Below the pieces are notes generated by a model that did no database searches, had not been told where the DNA came from, and worked only from the letters and a program-made list of their open reading frames with translations. DNA of 64,000 nt from Flavobacterium sp. (lineage in GTDB: Bacteria > Bacteroidota > Bacteroidia > Flavobacteriales > Flavobacteriaceae): the NCBI RefSeq assembly GCF_965284515.1, contig NZ_OZ260089.1, forward strand, positions 1,797,301 to 1,861,300, in the 5' to 3' direction. This document shows positions 1 through 8,574 of this stretch, piece by piece; the first letter of the stretch is position 1; every line of letters starts with the position of its first letter. Position numbers and translations under genes: made by a program.

Positions 1-588
1 CAATTATCTGAAAATATAGTCTTAAAAAAATACTTAAAAAGTTTTTTTGTGTATTCAATGGCTGTTCAAACTGTAATGTTAGTTGCAACTTATTTTGGAG
101 AACAAGAAATATTATGGCAATCTGATAGTCAGAGAACATCAGGATTGATAATTAGTATTTTAGTTATACAAATTGTTGCAGTTTTCGGAGCATTGCTAAC
201 TTCATTACTTTCTGAGAAAATAGGAAATATTAAAACCTTAATCATAATTAATTCTATATGGGTTGTAATATGTGTTTGTGCTTATTTCGTAACACTTCCC
301 ATTCATTTTTATATAACAGCTAGTTTTGTTGGTTTAGTAATGGGTGGTATTCAATCTTTATCGAGGTCAACGTATTCAAAATTATTACCTGAAACAAACG
401 ATTCTACTTCATTTTTCAGTTTTTACGATGTTGCTGAAAAAATAGGAATTGTTATTGGAATGGGAATTTTTGCAAGTATCGATCAAATATCAGGATCAAT
501 GAGAAATGCCATTGTATTTTTAGCATTGTTTTTTATAGTTGGGGTTATTTTATTAATCAATGTTCAAAAAACAATTAATAAAATATAA
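1..588 (+). CDS. MFS transporter (UMF1/Atg22-like), 5' end outside window
   Basis: Frame is open from base 1. Several hydrophobic helices; motifs GGIQSLSRS and FFSFYDVAEK match the C-terminal half of UMF1-type MFS proteins. Confidence 0.8.
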   Translation, partial: QLSENIVLKKYLKSFFVYSMAVQTVMLVATYFGEQEILWQSDSQRTSGLIISILVIQIVAVFGALLTSLLSEKIGNIKTLIIINSIWVVICVCAYFVTLPIHFYITASFVGLVMGGIQSLSRSTYSKLLPETNDSTSFFSFYDVAEKIGIVIGMGIFASIDQISGSMRNAIVFLALFFIVGVILLINVQKTINKI

Positions 589-622
589 ATAATTTATATA
601 TTTGAAATCTAATAACTTTTTT

Positions 623-1171
623 ATGAAAACTTTAAAGGCATTTTTTTCAGTACTTATCGTAATATTTTCATTCACTTCTTGTGATGTAGAACCTTTAGAT
701 AGTGCTATCGATATTTCTACAGGTGGAGGATCTGGTACTTCGGTTGGTATTTTTACTGCAAAAGTTAATGGTGTAAATTTTGTTGCTGAACCAGAAGCTA
801 TAAATGCTAGTTATTCAACTTCTTCAATCGGAAACGAATTAAATATAGTTGGTCTTAACACACTAGGAGAATCTGTTTCTATACAATTACTTAATCCTTC
901 TTTAGGAACATTTGAAGCTAGTTATAATCTTAGCGATTTAAATTTGCTTCAATATTTTGATGCAACTATGGGTTTAAATGGCACTTTTTTATCATACAAT
1001 CAAATCACAGAAACTTCAATAGGTACGGTAACAATTACTAATTTTGATACTGTAGGAAACAAGGTTTCGGGTACTTTTAGTTTTACTGGATATAATCCAT
1101 CAGATTCAAGTACAAGACAAATTACAAACGGTGTTTTTACTAATTTATCATTTGAAAATACAGTTGATTAA
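623..1171 (+). CDS. Lipoprotein of unknown function (DUF6252-like)
   Basis: Signal peptide ending in lipobox FTSC. Beta-rich body with G.VTIT..D.....VSGTFSF and ITNG.F motifs. ATG at 623 preferred over TTG at 602. Confidence 0.65.
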   Translation: MKTLKAFFSVLIVIFSFTSCDVEPLDSAIDISTGGGSGTSVGIFTAKVNGVNFVAEPEAINASYSTSSIGNELNIVGLNTLGESVSIQLLNPSLGTFEASYNLSDLNLLQYFDATMGLNGTFLSYNQITETSIGTVTITNFDTVGNKVSGTFSFTGYNPSDSSTRQITNGVFTNLSFENTVD

Positions 1172-1196
1172 TTTTTAATCATAATTTTTATAATAT

Positions 1197-1222
1197 ATCC
1201 CAAGTTTACTTGGGATTTTTTT
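1197..1222 (+). terminator. Intrinsic terminator
   Basis: atcccaagt-tt-acttgggat followed by a T tract. Confidence 0.8.
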
Positions 1223-1223
1223 A

Positions 1224-1238
1224 TGGCATAAAACTTGA
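1224..1238 (+). promoter_or_regulatory. Candidate sigma54 (-24/-12) promoter upstream of lon
   Basis: TGGCATAAAACTTGA compared with consensus TGGCAC-N5-TTGC; spacing is GG-N10-GA. Confidence 0.4.
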
Positions 1239-1366
1239 CCTTATATTGTATAGAAATAGTTTTTATAATGTGTTTTTTTACTGATAAACAGATGTTTATA
1301 AAAATAAAATATTTTAAAGCTTTCTCTTTTTAAAAATGTTTAATGACAAAATGACTTAAAATAGAT

Positions 1367-3820
1367 ATGTCCAATCAAAAAATAATTACGTTTGACAATT
1401 TGTCACTGCAAGAAATAAACACAGATGCCGAATTAATTCCTCTTTTAACTCCTGAAGATGAAGAGGAAATGAATAAAGAAGAATTACCATCGGATTTACC
1501 TATACTTTCATTACGAAATATGGTTTTATTTCCTGGTGTTGTAATTCCTATTACTGCTGGAAGAGATAAATCAATTAAGTTGATTAATGATGCTAATGCA
1601 AGTGGAAAGGTAATTGGTGTAGTTGCACAAATTGATGAAAATATTGAAGAGCCTACTCCAAATGACGTTTATAAAATTGGTACGGTAGCTCGTATTATCC
1701 GTGTTCTTAAAATGCCAGATGGAAACACAACCGTTATACTTCAAGGTAAAAAAAGGTTTGAAATTGATACTTTTACTCAAGAAGAACCTTATATGAAGGC
1801 AACTATTAAAGAAGTTGCTGAAGACAGACCTGAAAATAATGATATTGAATTTAATTCTATTGTTGATTCTATCAAAGAATTGGCCATTGAAATAATTAAA
1901 GAAAGTCCAAATATTCCATCGGAGGCTACATTTGCAATTAAAAATATAGAATCTAATCCATTTTTAATAAATTTTGTTTCTTCAAACATGAACCTTTCTG
2001 TTATTGAAAAGCAAAACCTTCTGTCAATTCATAATTTAAAAGAAAGAGCAATGGAAACTTTGCGTTTCATGAATTTGGAATTACAGAAACTAGAGCTTAA
2101 AAACGATATCCAGTCTAAAGTTCGTTTTGATTTAGACCAACAGCAACGTGAATATTTCTTGCAGCAACAAATGAAAACTATTCAAGAAGAATTAGGTGGT
2201 GTTTCTCATGATGCTGAAATTGAGGAAATGCGTGAGAAAGCAAAATTTAAAAAATGGGATGAAAAGACGGGAACTCATTTTGATAAAGAGCTCTCTAAAC
2301 TACAACGAACAAACCCTAACTCTCCTGATTTTGGAATACAACGTAATTATTTAGAATTATTTTTAGAATTGCCATGGAATGAATTTACTAAAGATAATTT
2401 TGATTTAAAACGGGCACAAAAGATATTAGACAGAGATCATCATGGTTTAGATGATGTTAAAAAACGAATTATTGAGCATTTAGCGGTGCTTAAACTCCGT
2501 AACGATATGAAATCGCCTATTATTTGTTTATATGGTCCTCCAGGGGTTGGGAAGACTTCAATTGGTAGATCAGTAGCAGAGGCATTAGGTAGAGAATATG
2601 TTAGAATTTCATTAGGAGGTTTAAGAGATGAAGCCGAAATAAGAGGGCATAGAAAAACATACATTGGCGCTATGCCGGGAAGAATAATTCAATCTATTAA
2701 GAAAGCAAAAACTTCCAATCCTGTTTTTGTTTTAGACGAAATAGACAAATTATCTTCTAGTCATAATGGTGATCCTTCTTCTGCTTTGTTAGAAGTTTTA
2801 GATCCAGAGCAAAATTCAGAGTTTCATGACAATTTTCTTGAAATGGGTTATGATTTATCTAAAGTAATGTTTATTGCAACATCAAATAGCTTGTCAACAA
2901 TTCAACCTGCTTTACGCGATAGAATGGAGATTATTAACATGTCTGGGTATACAATTGAAGAGAAAGTAGAAATTGCTAAAAAACACTTATTGCCAAAGCA
3001 ATTAAAAGAACACGGATTAAAACCAACTAATTTACAAATTGATAAAAAGCATTTAGAAAAAATAGTTGTTGGTTATACGAGAGAATCAGGTGTGAGAGGT
3101 TTAGAAAAGAAAATTGCTCAAATGGTTCGTAATGCTGCTAAGTCTATTGCAATGGAGGAGGAGTATAATGTTAAAGTAAGAACAGAAGATATTATTAATG
3201 TTCTTAAATCTCCTCGTTTAGAAAGAGATAAGTATGAAAACAACGATGTCGCAGGAGTAGTAACAGGTTTAGCTTGGACTTCTGTGGGTGGAGATATATT
3301 ATTTATTGAGTCATCTACTTCAAAAGGAAAGGGAACAATGAGCATGACAGGTAATTTAGGCACCGTAATGAAGGAATCGGTAACAATTGCTTTAGAGTAT
3401 ATTCGCTCTAATGCAGAATCACTTTCTATTGCTCCTGAAGTATTAACCACTAATAATATTCATATACACGTGCCATCTGGTGCAACTCCAAAAGATGGCC
3501 CAAGTGCGGGTATTGCTATGTTGACATCTATGGTTTCTACTTTTACTCAGAAAAAAGTAAAAAAAGGTTTAGCTATGACGGGTGAAATTACTCTAAGAGG
3601 AAAAGTACTACCTGTTGGTGGAATTAAAGAAAAAATTCTAGCTGCTAAGAGAGCCAATATAAAGGAGATTATTCTTTGTAAGGAAAACAAAAGTGATATT
3701 GATGAAATTAATCCAAATTATTTAAAAGGGCTAACTTTTCATTATGTAGACAAGATGAGTGAAGTAATAGATATTGCTATTATCAATCAGAAAGTGAAAA
3801 ACGCAAAGAAATTAAGTTAA
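1367..3820 (+). CDS. lon: ATP-dependent endopeptidase La (Lon)
   Basis: LON N-domain, Walker A GPPGVGKT, Walker B VLDEIDK, catalytic PKDGPSAG serine and GGIKEK lysine. Confidence 0.98.
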   Translation: MSNQKIITFDNLSLQEINTDAELIPLLTPEDEEEMNKEELPSDLPILSLRNMVLFPGVVIPITAGRDKSIKLINDANASGKVIGVVAQIDENIEEPTPNDVYKIGTVARIIRVLKMPDGNTTVILQGKKRFEIDTFTQEEPYMKATIKEVAEDRPENNDIEFNSIVDSIKELAIEIIKESPNIPSEATFAIKNIESNPFLINFVSSNMNLSVIEKQNLLSIHNLKERAMETLRFMNLELQKLELKNDIQSKVRFDLDQQQREYFLQQQMKTIQEELGGVSHDAEIEEMREKAKFKKWDEKTGTHFDKELSKLQRTNPNSPDFGIQRNYLELFLELPWNEFTKDNFDLKRAQKILDRDHHGLDDVKKRIIEHLAVLKLRNDMKSPIICLYGPPGVGKTSIGRSVAEALGREYVRISLGGLRDEAEIRGHRKTYIGAMPGRIIQSIKKAKTSNPVFVLDEIDKLSSSHNGDPSSALLEVLDPEQNSEFHDNFLEMGYDLSKVMFIATSNSLSTIQPALRDRMEIINMSGYTIEEKVEIAKKHLLPKQLKEHGLKPTNLQIDKKHLEKIVVGYTRESGVRGLEKKIAQMVRNAAKSIAMEEEYNVKVRTEDIINVLKSPRLERDKYENNDVAGVVTGLAWTSVGGDILFIESSTSKGKGTMSMTGNLGTVMKESVTIALEYIRSNAESLSIAPEVLTTNNIHIHVPSGATPKDGPSAGIAMLTSMVSTFTQKKVKKGLAMTGEITLRGKVLPVGGIKEKILAAKRANIKEIILCKENKSDIDEINPNYLKGLTFHYVDKMSEVIDIAIINQKVKNAKKLS

Positions 3821-3840
3821 TTATTATATTTCATTAATTA

Positions 3841-3877
3841 AATTCCAACTAATTGATTTAGTTGGAATTTGTTTTTT
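3841..3877 (+). terminator. Intrinsic terminator after lon
   Basis: 12-bp stem aattccaactaa / ttagttggaatt followed by a T-rich tract. Confidence 0.75.
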
Positions 3878-3936
3878 ATATATTGCTTTATAATTTTATC
3901 TTCGCAAAAGCGTTATAGCTATTAGATTTAGATTAA

Positions 3937-4956
3937 ATGTACAAAAAATTGATTGTTTTTACTTTATTCCTTTTTTCTTCCACTATTATGGGGCAAATTG
4001 GCGGTAAATATGTATATCAGTTTTTAAATTTAGTTCAATCTCCAAGGCAAGCAGCATTAGGTGGAAAAACAGTTACAGTTGTAGACTATGATGTAAATCA
4101 AGTATTTTATAATCCTGCTACAATTAATGAAAAAATGCATAAACGATTAGCTGTTAATTACAGCAACTATTATGGAGAAGTTTCATACGGAACAGCTGCA
4201 TATGCATATACTTGGGATAGACATCTTCAAACCTTTCATGCTGGGGTTAGTTATATAAATTATGGTACTTTTGAAGGAAGAGATGAATTAGGCAATCTAA
4301 CTTCCGATTTTACGGGTAGTGAAGCAGCACTTTCTTTAGGGTATGCATATAATGTTCCTTGGACAGATTTATTTATTGGAACAAACGTTAAGTTGATTTC
4401 GTCTACTTTAGACACTTATAATTCATGGGGAGCCGCTGTTGATTTGGGTTTTTTGTATATTGATTATAAAAACGACATCAATTACGGATTAACAGTAAGA
4501 AATTTAGGTTTTCAAATTAAACCTTATGCCGATACTAATGAAAAATTACCTTTATCTGTTGATGCGGGTGTTTCTCAATTAATGGAAAATGTGCCCATAC
4601 GTTGGCATTTAACATTAGAGAATCTTCAACAATGGAATATTGCGTTCTCAAATCCAAACAGAGGAGAGTCTACTTTAGATGGTGAAACCACTGAAGAAAA
4701 AGTTTCTTTTTTTAATAATGCATTACGACATGTGATTTTAGGTGCCGAACTTTTTCCAGAAAAAGGGTTTAATATTCGTCTTGGGTATAATTTTAGAAGA
4801 GGTGAAGAACTAAGAATAGTAGACCAAAGAAATTTTTCCGGAATTTCAGCTGGTTTTGGATTACGTTTTAATAAAATACGAATTGATTATTCGTATTCAA
4901 AATATACAGTTGCCGCTAACACAAGTTTATTTGGTATAATGATTAATCTAGATTAA
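3937..4956 (+). CDS. porQ: Type IX secretion system protein PorQ
   Basis: Signal peptide, then FLNL..SPRQAALGG and YNPA motifs of PorV/PorQ-type barrels. lon-porQ-cmk order is typical of Flavobacteriaceae. Confidence 0.85.
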   Translation: MYKKLIVFTLFLFSSTIMGQIGGKYVYQFLNLVQSPRQAALGGKTVTVVDYDVNQVFYNPATINEKMHKRLAVNYSNYYGEVSYGTAAYAYTWDRHLQTFHAGVSYINYGTFEGRDELGNLTSDFTGSEAALSLGYAYNVPWTDLFIGTNVKLISSTLDTYNSWGAAVDLGFLYIDYKNDINYGLTVRNLGFQIKPYADTNEKLPLSVDAGVSQLMENVPIRWHLTLENLQQWNIAFSNPNRGESTLDGETTEEKVSFFNNALRHVILGAELFPEKGFNIRLGYNFRRGEELRIVDQRNFSGISAGFGLRFNKIRIDYSYSKYTVAANTSLFGIMINLD

Positions 4957-4958
4957 AA

Positions 4959-5651
4959 TTGAAAAAAATTACTATTGCAATAGACGGGTTTTCGTCAACA
5001 GGAAAAAGTACTTTGGCTAAACAATTAGCAAATCAGCTTGGTTATGCGTATGTTGATACAGGCGCTATGTATAGAGCGGTAACCTATTTTGCAATGAAAA
5101 GCGGATGGGTTTCTGAATATAATTTAAATACTTCAGCTATAATAGAAAATCTTCAAGGAATAAATTTAGAATTTCGTTTCAGTGAACAATTAGGTTTTGC
5201 TGAAATGTATTTAAATAATGTAAATATTGAAAATGAAATTCGTACAATTGAAGTTTCAAGATGTGTGAGTAAAATTGCTGAAATTTCAGAAGTTAGAACA
5301 ATGCTTGTTAAACAGCAACAGCAAATGGGTAATAATAAAGCTGTAGTCATGGACGGAAGAGATATCGGTACAGTTGTTTTTCCAGATGCCGAACTTAAGT
5401 TATTTATGACTGCTTCAGCGGAAACTAGAGCGCAACGTCGTTTTGATGAATTGATTGAAAAAGGTCAAATGGTTACTTTTGATGAGGTTTTGCAAAATGT
5501 TCAAGAAAGAGATTATATTGATACACATAGAGATGATTCACCCTTAGTTAAAGCTAATGATGCTGTAGAAATTGATAATTCATCTATGTCTAAAGAAGAG
5601 CAATTTAATTTAGTCATGATTATGGTTACTGAGAAATTAAACTCCATTTAA
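4959..5651 (+). CDS. cmk: Cytidylate kinase
   Basis: IAIDG.SSTGKST P-loop, DTGAMYR, MDGRDIGTVVFPDA. TTG start. Confidence 0.97.
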   Translation: MKKITIAIDGFSSTGKSTLAKQLANQLGYAYVDTGAMYRAVTYFAMKSGWVSEYNLNTSAIIENLQGINLEFRFSEQLGFAEMYLNNVNIENEIRTIEVSRCVSKIAEISEVRTMLVKQQQQMGNNKAVVMDGRDIGTVVFPDAELKLFMTASAETRAQRRFDELIEKGQMVTFDEVLQNVQERDYIDTHRDDSPLVKANDAVEIDNSSMSKEEQFNLVMIMVTEKLNSI

Positions 5652-5690
5652 TTCTCTTAAAATATTATTCGTTTTTTAGTTATCTAAGTT

Positions 5691-5721
5691 TTTGTAAATC
5701 AAAAATATAGTATTACCTTTG
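5691..5721 (+). promoter_or_regulatory. Bacteroidota housekeeping promoter for rpsA
   Basis: TTTG (5691-5694), 19-nt spacer, TACCTTTG (5714-5721); matches the -33/-7 consensus. Confidence 0.8.
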
Positions 5722-5726
5722 CGCAC

Positions 5727-5841
5727 CTTTTGGCGGTATTGGGTTTCCAATAAGGTATAAACTATATAATTTAACACTTCTGTTGTTGTCAAAACTGTTC
5801 AAAACCCATTGAATAACACAGAATACAAATTTTTTATCAGC
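5727..5841 (+). promoter_or_regulatory. Structured rpsA 5' leader
   Basis: Hairpin tattgg-gttt-ccaata, plus a larger stem ttctgt...acagaa enclosing ttcaa...ttgaa. Confidence 0.45.
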
Positions 5842-7608
5842 ATGTCTGAAATTAATAACGAACAACAAGAGTTTTTAGCAAATTTTAACTGGCACAATTA
5901 CCAAGAAGGTATTGATGTAGTAGATGAAAAAAACTTACAAGAATTTGAAGATTTAGTTACTAAAACTTTTATCTCTACAAGTGATGAAGAAGTAGTAGAA
6001 GGTGTAGTAGTGAGAATCACAGATAGAGATGCTATCGTTGATATCAACGCTAAATCTGAAGGTGTAATTTCTTTAAATGAATTCCGTTACAACCCAAACT
6101 TAAAAGTTGGTGATAAAGTAGAAGTACTTATCGATGTACGTGAAGACAAAACAGGTCAATTGGTATTATCTCACAGAAAAGCGAGAACTATTAAGGCTTG
6201 GGATAGAGTTATTGCTGCTCATGATACAGGAGAAATCGTTAACGGTTTCGTTAAATGTAGAACTAAAGGTGGAATGATCGTTGATGTATTTGGTATTGAA
6301 GCTTTCTTACCAGGTTCTCAAATTGATGTTAAACCAATTAGAGATTACGATCAATATGTAAACAAAACTATGGAATTTAAAGTTGTGAAAATCAACCACG
6401 AATTCAAAAACGTAGTAGTTTCTCATAAAGCGCTTATTGAAGCGGATATTGAAATCCAGAAAAAAGAAATCATTGGTCAATTAGAAAAAGGACAAGTATT
6501 AGAAGGTGTTGTTAAAAACATTACTTCTTACGGTGTATTTATTGACTTAGGTGGTGTAGATGGATTGATCCATATTACAGACTTATCTTGGTCAAGAATC
6601 AATCACCCAAGTGAAGTTCTTGAATTAGATCAAAAATTAAATGTTGTAATCCTTGATTTCGATGATGAGAAAACAAGAATTCAATTAGGTTTAAAACAAT
6701 TAAATGCTCATCCTTGGGATGCTTTAGATGCTAATTTAGCTATTGGTGATAAAGTAAAAGGTAAAGTAGTTGTTTTAGCTGATTATGGTGCGTTTATCGA
6801 AGTTGCGGAAGGTGTTGAAGGTTTAATTCACGTTTCTGAAATGTCATGGTCTACTCATTTACGTTCAGCTCAAGATTTTATGAAAATTGGAGATGAGGTT
6901 GAAGCAGTTGTTTTAACTTTAGATAGAGATGACCGTAAAATGTCATTAGGTATCAAACAATTAACTCAAGATCCTTGGACTGATATTACAGCTAAGTACC
7001 CAGTTGGTTCTAACCATAATGGTATTGTAAGAAACTTTACTAACTTTGGTGTATTTGTTGAATTAGAAGAAGGAATTGACGGATTAGTTTATATTTCTGA
7101 TTTATCTTGGACTAAGAAAATCAAGCACCCATCTGAATTTGTAAACGTTGGAGACAAAATGGATGTTGTGGTATTAGAATTAGATGTTGAAGGACGTAAA
7201 TTATCTTTAGGTCACAAACAAACTACTGCTAATCCATGGGATAAGTATGAAGATGCATTTGCAGAAGGTACAATCCACAACGGAGAAATCTCTGAAATTG
7301 TAGACAAAGGTGCTACAGTTGAATTTGGAGAAGATATCGTTGCTTTCATTCCTACTCGTCACTTAGAAAAAGAAGATGGTAAGAAATTGAAAAAAGGCGA
7401 ATCTGCTGACTTTAAAGTTATTGAGTTCAATAAAGAATTCAAAAGAGTTGTAGCTTCTCATACTGCTATCTTCCGTGAAGAAGAAGAAAAGCATGTAAAA
7501 GCTGCAGTTGAATCATCTTCATCTAATAATAATTCAGAGAAATCTACTTTAGGAGATATCGATGCTTTAGCTGAATTAAAAGCAAAAATGGAAAAAGGTG
7601 AAAAATAA
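5842..7608 (+). CDS. rpsA: 30S ribosomal protein S1
   Basis: Six S1 repeats (e.g. GVFIDLGGVDGLIHITDLSW). ATG at 5842 preferred over 5809. Follows cmk. Confidence 0.98.
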   Translation: MSEINNEQQEFLANFNWHNYQEGIDVVDEKNLQEFEDLVTKTFISTSDEEVVEGVVVRITDRDAIVDINAKSEGVISLNEFRYNPNLKVGDKVEVLIDVREDKTGQLVLSHRKARTIKAWDRVIAAHDTGEIVNGFVKCRTKGGMIVDVFGIEAFLPGSQIDVKPIRDYDQYVNKTMEFKVVKINHEFKNVVVSHKALIEADIEIQKKEIIGQLEKGQVLEGVVKNITSYGVFIDLGGVDGLIHITDLSWSRINHPSEVLELDQKLNVVILDFDDEKTRIQLGLKQLNAHPWDALDANLAIGDKVKGKVVVLADYGAFIEVAEGVEGLIHVSEMSWSTHLRSAQDFMKIGDEVEAVVLTLDRDDRKMSLGIKQLTQDPWTDITAKYPVGSNHNGIVRNFTNFGVFVELEEGIDGLVYISDLSWTKKIKHPSEFVNVGDKMDVVVLELDVEGRKLSLGHKQTTANPWDKYEDAFAEGTIHNGEISEIVDKGATVEFGEDIVAFIPTRHLEKEDGKKLKKGESADFKVIEFNKEFKRVVASHTAIFREEEEKHVKAAVESSSSNNNSEKSTLGDIDALAELKAKMEKGEK

Positions 7609-7614
7609 TCACCA

Positions 7615-7638
7615 GTCACACTGAGCGTAGTCGAAGTG
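7615..7638. repeat. Single REP-like unit (GTCACACTGAGCGTAGTCGAAGTG)
   Basis: GC-rich 24-mer in AT-rich DNA folding as CACT-GA-loop-TC-GA-AGTG. Resembles a high-copy Flavobacteriaceae intergenic unit as recalled; not verified. Confidence 0.55.
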
Positions 7639-7652
7639 CAAATTTAATATTT

Positions 7653-7684
7653 AAAAGTCCTGATGAAAATCAGGACTTTTTTTA
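7653..7684 (+). terminator. Intrinsic terminator after rpsA
   Basis: aaaagtcctgat-gaaa-atcaggactttt followed by a T tract. Confidence 0.9.
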
Positions 7685-7711
7685 TTCGTAAAATTTTGTA
7701 ATTATATTTAC

Positions 7712-7731
7712 ATATCGTAATATTACAATAT
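7712..7731. promoter_or_regulatory. Probable ArsR operator
   Basis: Near-perfect palindrome atatcgtaat|attacaatat, 12 nt upstream of the arsR start. Confidence 0.65.
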
Positions 7732-7743
7732 AATAATTTAACT

Positions 7744-8067
7744 ATGGGAGCTTCAAAATCAGATTTCTTTACAGAAGAGCAAAATACTATAGCAAATGTT
7801 TTTAAAGCATTGTCTCATCCTGCGCGTATTGCTATAATTCAATATCTTTTAAAAGTGAATTCTTGTATTTGTGGTGATATTGTTAATGAATTGCCATTGG
7901 CTCAACCTACGATTTCCCAACATTTAAAAGAATTAAAAAACGCAAACATTATAAAAGGTACTATTGAAGGAACTGCCATTTGTTATTGCTTAAATCCTGA
8001 AACCATTTCTATGTTTGAAATGTACTTTAATGAAATTTCAAATCAATTAAGAAATAAATGCTGCTAA
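7744..8067 (+). CDS. arsR: ArsR/SmtB family transcriptional repressor
   Basis: FKALSHPARIAI, CICG metal site, LAQPTISQHLKELK helix-turn-helix, C-terminal CC. Heads an acr3 operon. Confidence 0.92.
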   Translation: MGASKSDFFTEEQNTIANVFKALSHPARIAIIQYLLKVNSCICGDIVNELPLAQPTISQHLKELKNANIIKGTIEGTAICYCLNPETISMFEMYFNEISNQLRNKCC

Positions 8068-8099
8068 TTACTTTTTACTAATCACTAATTACTAAAAAA

Positions 8100-8573
8100 A
8101 TGAAACTATCAGAAATAAAAAAAGCTCTACAAAAGCTAGAAACTATTGCTTTTCATTTGCCAGACGGAACTTTAGTTCCAAATCATTTTCATGTTACCGA
8201 AGTTGGTAAGATTACTAAAAACTTCATCGATTGTGGTGGAACGGTTAGAAATGAAGAAGTTGTTAATTTTCAATTATGGGAGGCAAATGATTATGATCAC
8301 AGGCTTCATCCAGAAAAATTATTTCATATAATTGAATTGTCTGAAGAGAAGCTTCAAATTCCAGATGTAGAAATTGAGGTTGAATACCAAATGAAAGATA
8401 CCATTGGTAAATTTGATTTAGATTTTGATGGAACAAATTTTTTATTAATTTCAAAATTAACAGATTGTTTGGCAAAAGATAAATGTGGAATTCCTACAGA
8501 AAAGCCAAAAGTAAAAATAGGTGAGTGGAAACAAAAAGAAACTTCATGTAATCCTAATTCAGGATGTTGTTAA
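8100..8573 (+). CDS. DUF6428-like protein of Bacteroidota ars operons
   Basis: HFHVTEVG, FIDCGG, DCLAKDKCG motifs and C-terminal SCNPNSGCC. Confidence 0.75.
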   Translation: MKLSEIKKALQKLETIAFHLPDGTLVPNHFHVTEVGKITKNFIDCGGTVRNEEVVNFQLWEANDYDHRLHPEKLFHIIELSEEKLQIPDVEIEVEYQMKDTIGKFDLDFDGTNFLLISKLTDCLAKDKCGIPTEKPKVKIGEWKQKETSCNPNSGCC

Positions 8574-8574
8574 T

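Noticed and set aside
7660-7670. CTGATGA-AAA resembling a hammerhead ribozyme core
   Set aside because: It lies within the rpsA terminator stem-loop; there is no stem II, GAAA or flanking stem arrangement.
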